A stretch of 64,000 nucleotides of DNA from assembly GCA_044229975.1 (NCBI GenBank), contig JBGARZ010000001.1, forward strand, positions 448,001 to 512,000. The letters are read 5' to 3'. Position numbers and translations under genes: made by a program. This stretch comes from Polyangiales bacterium (GTDB lineage: Bacteria > Myxococcota_A > Polyangia > Polyangiales > Ga0077539). Below, one piece after another: positions 57,067 to 64,000 of this stretch (the stretch's first letter is position 1; the number at the start of each line of letters is the position of its first letter). The notes beneath the pieces are model-generated. The model was not told the origin of the DNA and did no database searches. It worked only from the letters and a program-made list of their open reading frames with translations.

Positions 57067-59271
57067 ATGAGCACCGCATCGCCCTCGTCCCTCCGCGCGC
57101 GCCTCGCCGACCACGCCCTGCTCGCGTACCTCTCCCCCCTCTTCGCCGGGCGACGCATCGCCGTCGTGGGCGCGTCGTCCGGTGACGTCGCCCACCGCGC
57201 CCGCGCGCTCGGGGCCCACACGGTGATCTCCTTCGGCGGCGTCGCCGAGGACATCGCGGTGCGCGCGCTCACGCCGGGAGCCATCGCGGCCTTCCACGGC
57301 AAGCTCGACGTGATCGTGGTGCCCGACGCAGCAGCCGTCCCCTCGCTGGTGGCGGTGCTCGATGAGGCCCGACGTGCGCTCGGCTCCGACGGCGTGCTCG
57401 TGGTGGGCGCCGAGCCCGACGACGCGCCCGTCCCCATGGAGGCATCGGGCAAGTCGTCGCCCGTGGGCTTCTCGCAGCTCCACGAGCTCTGCGCCGCGCG
57501 CTTCGGATCGGTGCGCATGGTCGGCCGCGGTCCCTTCGTCGGGTACACCCTCGCGACGCTCGACGAGGGCGCCGAGGGCGTCGGGCTCGACACGCGACTG
57601 GTCGACGGTGATCCGCCGAAGCCCGAGGCGTTCATCGCGGTGGCGTCGGACAGCGCCGTCGCGCTGGAGCCGCTCGCGGTGGTGCAGGTGGCGTCGGAGG
57701 TTCTTCATTCGCTGCGCTCTGCGGCGCGGGGTGACCTCGAAGCGAAGGTGGCTGAGCGCGACCAGAAGCTGAAGGACGCCGAGCAGGCGAGCGCCGAGCG
57801 CTGGGTGAAGCTCCAGCGCCTGGAGCACGGTCTCAAGGAGCTCGAAGACGAGCACCGCAAGGCCCGCGACAAGGCCGTCCGTCTCCAGAAAGAACTCGAC
57901 GACGAGCGCAAGCTCCGCACCCGCATCGAGCTCGACCAGCAGATGACCCGGCGCGCGCCGGAGCTGCCCAGGACGCCCGACCTGCAACCCGAGCTCGATC
58001 GCGTGAAGGCGTCGCTCGCGGGCACCGAGGCGCGAGCGACGGCGATCGCCAACGACCTCACGGCCGCCAACGCGCGCATCACCACCGCCGAGGCAGCGCT
58101 GGAGGAGTCCAAGGCGCGGGTTCGCTCGCTGGGCGCCGACGTGATGACGGTGCAGGCGGCGCTCGACGCGGCGCTCAAGCGCGAGGCCGACCTCCAGCGC
58201 GAGCTCGACGAGACGCAGGCGACCGAGGCCGAGCTCCGCGAGCAGCTCGACGAGGCGTCGTCACGGCCGGCCCCCGCGCCGGTGGTGATCGAAGCGCCGC
58301 CCGCGAAGCCCGAGGGGCCGACGCGCGAGGAGCTTCAGGCGTTGCAGACGGCGCTCGACGCCGAGCGCACGGCGAGAGCGTTGGCGCAGGCGGAGTTCTT
58401 GCGGGCGGAGACACTGCTCGCCGAGCGCGGGGCCGAGCTGGTGCGGGCCGAGGCGCTGCGCACGATGGCGGTCGAGGCGACCAGGGAGCTGTCGCTGACG
58501 GCGCAGCGGGGCGGCCTCCCGGCCGAGGCGCTGGCGTCGCTGCGAGCGGGCCTCGACGAGGCCCAGCGGGCGCGGGCGGCGGTGGCCGATGAGCGCGACG
58601 CCCTGGCGGCGCAGCTCGTGGCGGCGGCGGGTGAGTCGCAGCAACTGCGGTGGCGGCTGGCCGAAGCGGCCGCGGTGAACGAGGCGCCCGTGGTCGACAC
58701 GAGCGCGCTGACCGAGCGCGACGCCCGCATCGGGGAGCTGGAGCGGGAGGTCGAGCGGTTGGTTCAGGCGCTGTCGGTGTCGGGCGCGCAGGCGACGCAG
58801 GAGCTCGACGCGTCGCTCGCCGAACGGGTCCACGCATACGACCTGCTCAAGGCCGAAGCGCAGGGCACGCGGATGCGGCTCGACGAGGCCGAGCGCTCGC
58901 TCGCGGCGCCGCGCGTGGCTGCGGTCGCGGTCGCCGATACGTCAGCGCTGGACGCGGAGATCGCTCGCCTGAAGAGCTCACTCGCCGACTCGCAGGAGAG
59001 CGTGGAGGAGCTTCAGGGTTCGCAGTCGCGGCTCGACCGCGCGCTGCGCGACCTGGAGGCGACGGCGCGCAGGCTGGCGGAGACCGAGGAGAACCTCGGG
59101 CAGTCGCGCGCGGAGACGGTGGTGCTGCACGCCCGCGCGGGTCGCGAGGACGCGCTGCGGGGCGCGGCGGAGACGGCACGGCGTGGCATCTCGTCGCTGC
59201 TGGCCGACGGGCGCGGTGCCCTGCTGGCGCCGGAGCTCATGGGCATCCTGCGCGCGCTCGAAGTGGACTGA
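57067..59271 (+). CDS. long coiled-coil protein with a degenerate methyltransferase-like N-terminal domain
   Basis: N-terminal Rossmann-like pattern (GRRIAVVG...; L.EARRAL...GVLVV), then about 500 aa of heptad-rich sequence. Confidence 0.75.
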   Translation: MSTASPSSLRARLADHALLAYLSPLFAGRRIAVVGASSGDVAHRARALGAHTVISFGGVAEDIAVRALTPGAIAAFHGKLDVIVVPDAAAVPSLVAVLDEARRALGSDGVLVVGAEPDDAPVPMEASGKSSPVGFSQLHELCAARFGSVRMVGRGPFVGYTLATLDEGAEGVGLDTRLVDGDPPKPEAFIAVASDSAVALEPLAVVQVASEVLHSLRSAARGDLEAKVAERDQKLKDAEQASAERWVKLQRLEHGLKELEDEHRKARDKAVRLQKELDDERKLRTRIELDQQMTRRAPELPRTPDLQPELDRVKASLAGTEARATAIANDLTAANARITTAEAALEESKARVRSLGADVMTVQAALDAALKREADLQRELDETQATEAELREQLDEASSRPAPAPVVIEAPPAKPEGPTREELQALQTALDAERTARALAQAEFLRAETLLAERGAELVRAEALRTMAVEATRELSLTAQRGGLPAEALASLRAGLDEAQRARAAVADERDALAAQLVAAAGESQQLRWRLAEAAAVNEAPVVDTSALTERDARIGELEREVERLVQALSVSGAQATQELDASLAERVHAYDLLKAEAQGTRMRLDEAERSLAAPRVAAVAVADTSALDAEIARLKSSLADSQESVEELQGSQSRLDRALRDLEATARRLAETEENLGQSRAETVVLHARAGREDALRGAAETARRGISSLLADGRGALLAPELMGILRALEVD

Positions 59272-59900
59272 TGAGCACCTGCGGCGCGAGCTGCGGCATC
59301 ACGAAGCAGCGCGCGAAGGAGCGCGACAAGGCGACGTCGGCGGCGCTGCGGGCGTTCGCGGAGGGGAGGCGCGACACGCCGCGGTGGTGGCCTGACAAGG
59401 CGACCTTCACCGCGGCGGAGGTCGAGGCGCTGGCCGAGGCGCTGCGACGGGCGCTGCCGTGCCGCGCGGCGGTGGTTCCGGCGGCGGACGAGCTCGCGGC
59501 GACGTGGGTGTACGTCGTGGCGACGGTGGGCGCGGGCTCGTGGGTGGAGCTGCGCGAGGGGCTGTCGACGCGCGTGCCCACGGTGACGGAAGAGCGCGGG
59601 CTGCGGGTGGGGCTGTCGGCGCTGTTTCGCGCGGCGGTGGTGCAGGAGTTCGAGGTGCGAGCGACGGTCGACGGCGCCAACGTTTGGCTGGAGGAGTCGC
59701 GCGTGGCGGGCGTGGAAGACAAGCGGTTGCAGATGTTCGTGAAGGCGTCGCAGGGGCTCCTGCGGACGATGAAGATCAGCACGCTGGACGCGGCGTTTCT
59801 CGGGGAGCCGGCGGTGGCGGGAGGCGACGCGCTGTGGTCGCTGCTCTTCGACGCCGACCCGATGGCGAGCCGCGCAGGCATCGAGGTCGCGTTGGGCTGA
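59271..59900 (+). CDS. hypothetical protein
   Basis: ATG overlaps the upstream stop (TGATG); MSTCGASCG N-terminus. Confidence 0.7.
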   Translation: MSTCGASCGITKQRAKERDKATSAALRAFAEGRRDTPRWWPDKATFTAAEVEALAEALRRALPCRAAVVPAADELAATWVYVVATVGAGSWVELREGLSTRVPTVTEERGLRVGLSALFRAAVVQEFEVRATVDGANVWLEESRVAGVEDKRLQMFVKASQGLLRTMKISTLDAAFLGEPAVAGGDALWSLLFDADPMASRAGIEVALG

Positions 59901-59969
59901 CGACTGGCTGCGCGCGGACAGCGTCGCGGTCACGTCCACAGTCGCAGTCCCGTTTCATACAATCGCGGG

Positions 59970-61730
59970 ATGTCCGTCCGTGTTTGGCTGATGCTGTCGA
60001 TCGCGCTCGCCCTGGGGGTCGCTCGCTCCGCGTCGGCGCAGACAACGATCAGCGCCCTGCCGGGCTACGAGCTGCGCTACGAGCGCGCCATGGCGCTCGC
60101 CAACGAAGGGCGGCACCTCGAGGCGGCCGCGGCCTTCGCCGACGTGCGCGACTCCACCGACGGCGACCGCTACCTGGCCGTGGCAGGTCGCGCCGTCGTC
60201 GATCAGTGGCAGGCGCAGATCGAGGCCCTGGTGGTGCGAGGTGAGCTCGACGCCTGCGACGCCGTCCGGGCCTCGGTCAACCCCGCGCACCTCATCGACG
60301 CACGCGGTCAGGCCCTCCTGACGCCCGCGCGGGTGGCGGTGTGTCAGGGCGCTCCCTTCGGCGTCACGACGTCGCCGACCGACGTGCGCGTGATGCCCAT
60401 CCCCGAGGCGGTTCGGCACCTGATGGATGCGCGCGTGGAGTACAGCAGCCGCGTCCCCGCCGCGCTCGACCGACAGGCCGCGACCGATGGCCGGTGGGGC
60501 GGTCCCCTCCGAGCCCGCTTCGCGCTCCTCAACGCCCGAACCCTGCTCCGCTTCGGGCACATCGCGCAGGCTGAGCTTTTCTATGGCGAGATCCTGTCCG
60601 TCTACTGCGACGAGGCGAACGTCACCGAGCAGTGCTTCGCAGACCTCACCCCGCTGCTCACGCGACTTGGACGCCACGCCGAACTCGACGTGTACGCCGC
60701 CCGACGCGCGACCTCCTGCCGCGGTCATGTCGGACCCGAAGGACCATCGAACCCATTTCTCCACGCGGTCTCCCTCTTCGCGGAAGCCGAACGCGCACCC
60801 CGTGCGCAGGCCGATGAGCTCTACGCCCGCGCGGCTGCCGAGATGGATGAGCGCCTCCGCGCGCACCCTCACCATGCGCAGGCGGCGCTCGCGAACCACT
60901 ACGTCGCGCTCGCGCTGGAGCGGAGCGGTCGCCTGATCGCCGCGGCCGAGCGGTACCTCCGCGTCGTGAACGACTACGACGGGCTGCGCGATCACCTCGG
61001 TCACGACCTCACGGGCCTCGACCTGAGCCAGCGCATCAACCTCCTGGAGGCGTCGTCGTGGCGCGCCGCGCTGACCCTCGAACGTGTCGGTGACCTCGAC
61101 CGCGCGAGGGAGCGTTGGCGATCGCTGCTCGCTGATCCTCGCTTCGTCGACGCGTTCGATCGCGCCGCCCATGTCGACGATGCGCGCGCCCACCTCGCCA
61201 TGATCGATAGCCAACGCTCGGCCAACGCGCCGGTCCCACACGAGCGTTGGTTCGGGCAGGTCGAGGCCCGTTTGAACGCCCTGCTCCGCCGACCGATGCG
61301 GCCCACGGACGTCCACTTCATGGAGGCGATCGATCTGCTGGATGGGCTCACCGGCGCCGCCCCCGCGCGCGGTGGCCCCGAGCGGGCCGTGCACGCACTC
61401 CTGTTCGTCGCCGCGGGATACGAGCGCCTTGCGGTGGCGATCACGGGCACGCCCGGCACGGCCGAGATGCTGCTGCCGATGAGGCGGCGCGCGCTCGACG
61501 TCTACGCCCAGGCCATCCGTCTGACGCGCGACAACGGGCTTCCGTTGTCTGCGGTCGCCACGGCGATCGATCGACTGCGCGCGGCGGAGAACGCGCCCGC
61601 TCGCGAACTGTTTCGACCGGGCGCCCTCGACGACGTGCTCTCGGTCGAGGCGGTCGGAGCATCGTTGCTCGCGACCTCCTTCCGCTCGCAGTCGCCAGCC
61701 CCGCTCGACTCCGCCGAAGCGTCGCGATAG
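59970..61730 (+). CDS. exported alpha-helical (TPR-like) protein
   Basis: Signal peptide (ASA-Q) and TPR-like helices such as A.ALERSGR...AAERY.RVV..Y. Confidence 0.6.
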   Translation: MSVRVWLMLSIALALGVARSASAQTTISALPGYELRYERAMALANEGRHLEAAAAFADVRDSTDGDRYLAVAGRAVVDQWQAQIEALVVRGELDACDAVRASVNPAHLIDARGQALLTPARVAVCQGAPFGVTTSPTDVRVMPIPEAVRHLMDARVEYSSRVPAALDRQAATDGRWGGPLRARFALLNARTLLRFGHIAQAELFYGEILSVYCDEANVTEQCFADLTPLLTRLGRHAELDVYAARRATSCRGHVGPEGPSNPFLHAVSLFAEAERAPRAQADELYARAAAEMDERLRAHPHHAQAALANHYVALALERSGRLIAAAERYLRVVNDYDGLRDHLGHDLTGLDLSQRINLLEASSWRAALTLERVGDLDRARERWRSLLADPRFVDAFDRAAHVDDARAHLAMIDSQRSANAPVPHERWFGQVEARLNALLRRPMRPTDVHFMEAIDLLDGLTGAAPARGGPERAVHALLFVAAGYERLAVAITGTPGTAEMLLPMRRRALDVYAQAIRLTRDNGLPLSAVATAIDRLRAAENAPARELFRPGALDDVLSVEAVGASLLATSFRSQSPAPLDSAEASR

Positions 61731-61931
61731 CGGCGGACGCGCTTCACTCCCAAAGGGTCGGCGAGGTCGGCGATCGAAGGGGTATGGAGCGCGAACACCG
61801 CGCTCGAACCGATCGGGGCCCGCGGATCTCGTGAGCGCGCGACGACGTCGTGACGTGTGCGCCGAGACTTCGCTGGACCCGTGTCGACCCATCACCGGAC
61901 CCGGTCAGGGCCCCGTACGAGACAGGACCCC

Positions 61932-62942
61932 ATGAAGACCTACGCAGCCCCGGAACCGTCGAAAACCAGTGCCCGTCCAACCAGTCAGCACAACGAGAAC
62001 TCCGTACTGTTCTCGCTCGCAACGCTCCAGCAGCTCACCTCCCGGCAGGCTGCGGCCGCGGATTCGGTCAACGCCGCGCCGGACGCGGGGTCGAAGAGTT
62101 CGGTCGACGACATCCTGAGCGTGGGCGCGTCGGGTGGCCCGAACTCGCCGCTCGCAGCACCGGTGCTCGCGCCCGTCGCATTGCCTGCGATGGCCATCGT
62201 CGCGCCGCTCACACCGCCGCGATCCGCGAGCGGATCGACAAGCATGACGGGGGCGGTCATCGCAGCAGCGGTCATCGTCAGCCTGGGGGGCATCGGTGCG
62301 ATGGCCCTCTACCTCCGAAAGAGCGAGCCGGTCGCGCTGATGGTTGCATCGAATACCGACACCAGCACGCCCGCCTCCGCGGCCGTGATCGCCGAGCGCG
62401 CCCCGACGCCGACCGGGCAGCCCGAGAGAGCGCCGGTGCCCGCGGTGGTGCCCACACCCGAGGTCGTCAGCCATCGCGACCGCTCGCACGACCGCGATCG
62501 TCGGCCGAGCTCCGCGGCGCACGCACCGACGCCGATCGCCCCCACTCCGCCGCCCGTCCCCACTCGTCAGCCCGCCGCGCACGAGAACAGCCTCGACGAC
62601 GTGATGCTTCGCGCCGTCGTCGTCCCCAGCTCCGCTGACCCCGCCCCGCCTGCTCCCGTCGCGGTTGGCCCGGACCTCCCCGCGCTGCCGACGCGGCCCA
62701 GCGTGGTCGCGGCGATGCGCGACGTCGGTCCAGCGGTGCGCCGCTGCGGCACCGGCCAGGGCGGATTCGCCGCCGTCACCGTGGTCTTCAACAACCAGGG
62801 CAGCGTCAACACCGCCAACGTCGCGCCACCCGCCGCGGGCAATGCCGTCGGGAGCTGCGTCGCCCGCGCGGTTCGCGGCGCGCGTCTCTCGCCCTTCGCC
62901 CGCCCGACCTTCTCGGTCACCTACCCCTTCGCCCTCGACTGA
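61932..62942 (+). CDS. AgmX/GltJ-like bitopic protein without the N-terminal zinc-ribbon/GYF domains
   Basis: NENSVLFSL motif, Pro-rich linker, one TM, C-terminal domain with two Cys ending FSVTYPF; SD AGGA. Confidence 0.65.
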   Translation: MKTYAAPEPSKTSARPTSQHNENSVLFSLATLQQLTSRQAAAADSVNAAPDAGSKSSVDDILSVGASGGPNSPLAAPVLAPVALPAMAIVAPLTPPRSASGSTSMTGAVIAAAVIVSLGGIGAMALYLRKSEPVALMVASNTDTSTPASAAVIAERAPTPTGQPERAPVPAVVPTPEVVSHRDRSHDRDRRPSSAAHAPTPIAPTPPPVPTRQPAAHENSLDDVMLRAVVVPSSADPAPPAPVAVGPDLPALPTRPSVVAAMRDVGPAVRRCGTGQGGFAAVTVVFNNQGSVNTANVAPPAAGNAVGSCVARAVRGARLSPFARPTFSVTYPFALD

Positions 62943-63013
62943 CCGCCCACCGCCGAGCTCCGCGCACAAGCGGGTATGACCGACGCGCCCGTGGCGGTAC
63001 GGTCACCGTCACC

Positions 63014-64000
63014 ATGACTCCCGGTCGAGGCGCGCGGCGGGCGGAGGCCGTCCTCCTCTTCGCCTGGAACTACTCCGCGGTCTCCGCCTACTTCGCCGGG
63101 CGCGCGGTGCGCGATGCGCTCTTCCTCGCCCACGAGTCGCCCTCACGCCTGCCCCTCATGTACGTCGTGTCGCCCCTCGCCGTGAGCGTCGTGGGCTTCG
63201 CCTACTCGCGCGTCGCCGACCGCGTGCGCCGCGATCACATCGTGCAGGCGACGGCCCTGCTCTTCGCCGCGCTCCTCACCGCCGCGTGGCTCTCCCTCGG
63301 ACCGCGCTGGATCTACTACGCCCTCTACGCCGGCGTGGAGGTGATGGGCGCCATGCTCATGATGCAGTTCTGGACCAGCGCGGGCGACCGCTTCTCCCCG
63401 CGCGAGGCCCGCCGCGTCTTCGGCCTCATCGCCGCAGGCGGAACCGTCGCCAACATCACCGTCGGCCTCGCCCTCGCCCGCCTCGTCGGCCGCACCGGCG
63501 CCGAGCCGATGCTCCTCGTCTGCGCCGGCTTCCTCGTCGCCGTCGCCCTGCTCGCCCGCGCCCTCGCACGACACCCCGGCGCGCGCACCGCCCCGTCACC
63601 TCGCACCCCCGCTCGCACCGCCGCGACACCCTCCTCGACGACACCACCCGGCGCGGGTCACCTCCGTCTGCTCGGTCCTATGATCGCGTGCGCCGTCCTC
63701 GCCTCGACGCTGCTCGACTTCCAGTACAAGACCCTCGCGACCCAGTCGTTTCACGGCGACCGCGTCGCGATGCTGCGCTTCTTCGCGACGCTCTCCAGCG
63801 GCGTCGGCGCCGTGTCGCTGCTCGTGCAGTTCTTCGTCACCTCGCGCCTGCTCGAACGCTTCGGCGTCGCGGGCGCCCTCATGCTCTATCCCGGCACTCT
63901 CGGCCTCAGCGCCGCGGGCATGCTCGCCGCCCCCTCCCTCGCCTCGGCCGCCGTCAGCAAGTTCGGCGACGTCTTCCGCTACACCGTCCACGACGCGGCG
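63014..64000 (+). CDS. Npt1/Npt2 (TLC ATP/ADP translocase-like) MFS transporter, partial
   Basis: Read by hand: ...AVRDALFLA..., QFWT.AGDRF..REARRVFGLI.AGG, LLDFQYK; open to the window end. Confidence 0.8.
   Translation, partial: MTPGRGARRAEAVLLFAWNYSAVSAYFAGRAVRDALFLAHESPSRLPLMYVVSPLAVSVVGFAYSRVADRVRRDHIVQATALLFAALLTAAWLSLGPRWIYYALYAGVEVMGAMLMMQFWTSAGDRFSPREARRVFGLIAAGGTVANITVGLALARLVGRTGAEPMLLVCAGFLVAVALLARALARHPGARTAPSPRTPARTAATPSSTTPPGAGHLRLLGPMIACAVLASTLLDFQYKTLATQSFHGDRVAMLRFFATLSSGVGAVSLLVQFFVTSRLLERFGVAGALMLYPGTLGLSAAGMLAAPSLASAAVSKFGDVFRYTVHDAA

Overview
High-GC bacterial DNA. Gene content points to Myxococcota, probably Polyangiales-like: Cys-rich repeat lipoprotein, AglRQS-type motor genes, AgmX/GltJ-like protein, TSP3-OmpA, ccsA-hemA-hemC. 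Most of the window is housekeeping: mreBCD-mrdA-rodA, haem genes, pdhABC, two divergent TolQ/ExbB-ExbD-ExbD operons, fur, trmL, a 2821-aa cyclic beta-1,2-glucan synthase and grxD. The stand-out region is about 490-1440. A 42-codon leader ORF with 15 Ser and 5 Cys codons is followed by mutually exclusive antiterminator and terminator helices, then by five structurally irregular tRNA genes: tRNA-Cys(GCA) and all four tRNA-Ser isoacceptors (TGA, CGA, GCT, GGA). This looks like a ribosome-stalling attenuator that switches on a backup Ser/Cys tRNA set. It converges on a gene with a Schlafen/AlbA_2 domain. A second notable locus (33267-42058) has two tandem lipoxygenases, one with atypical residues, directly upstream of a kinase-AAA-GAF-nucleotide cyclase gene. 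No CRISPR array, rRNA, integrase or transposase was seen. All calls come from manual reading and motif recognition; no database searches were run.
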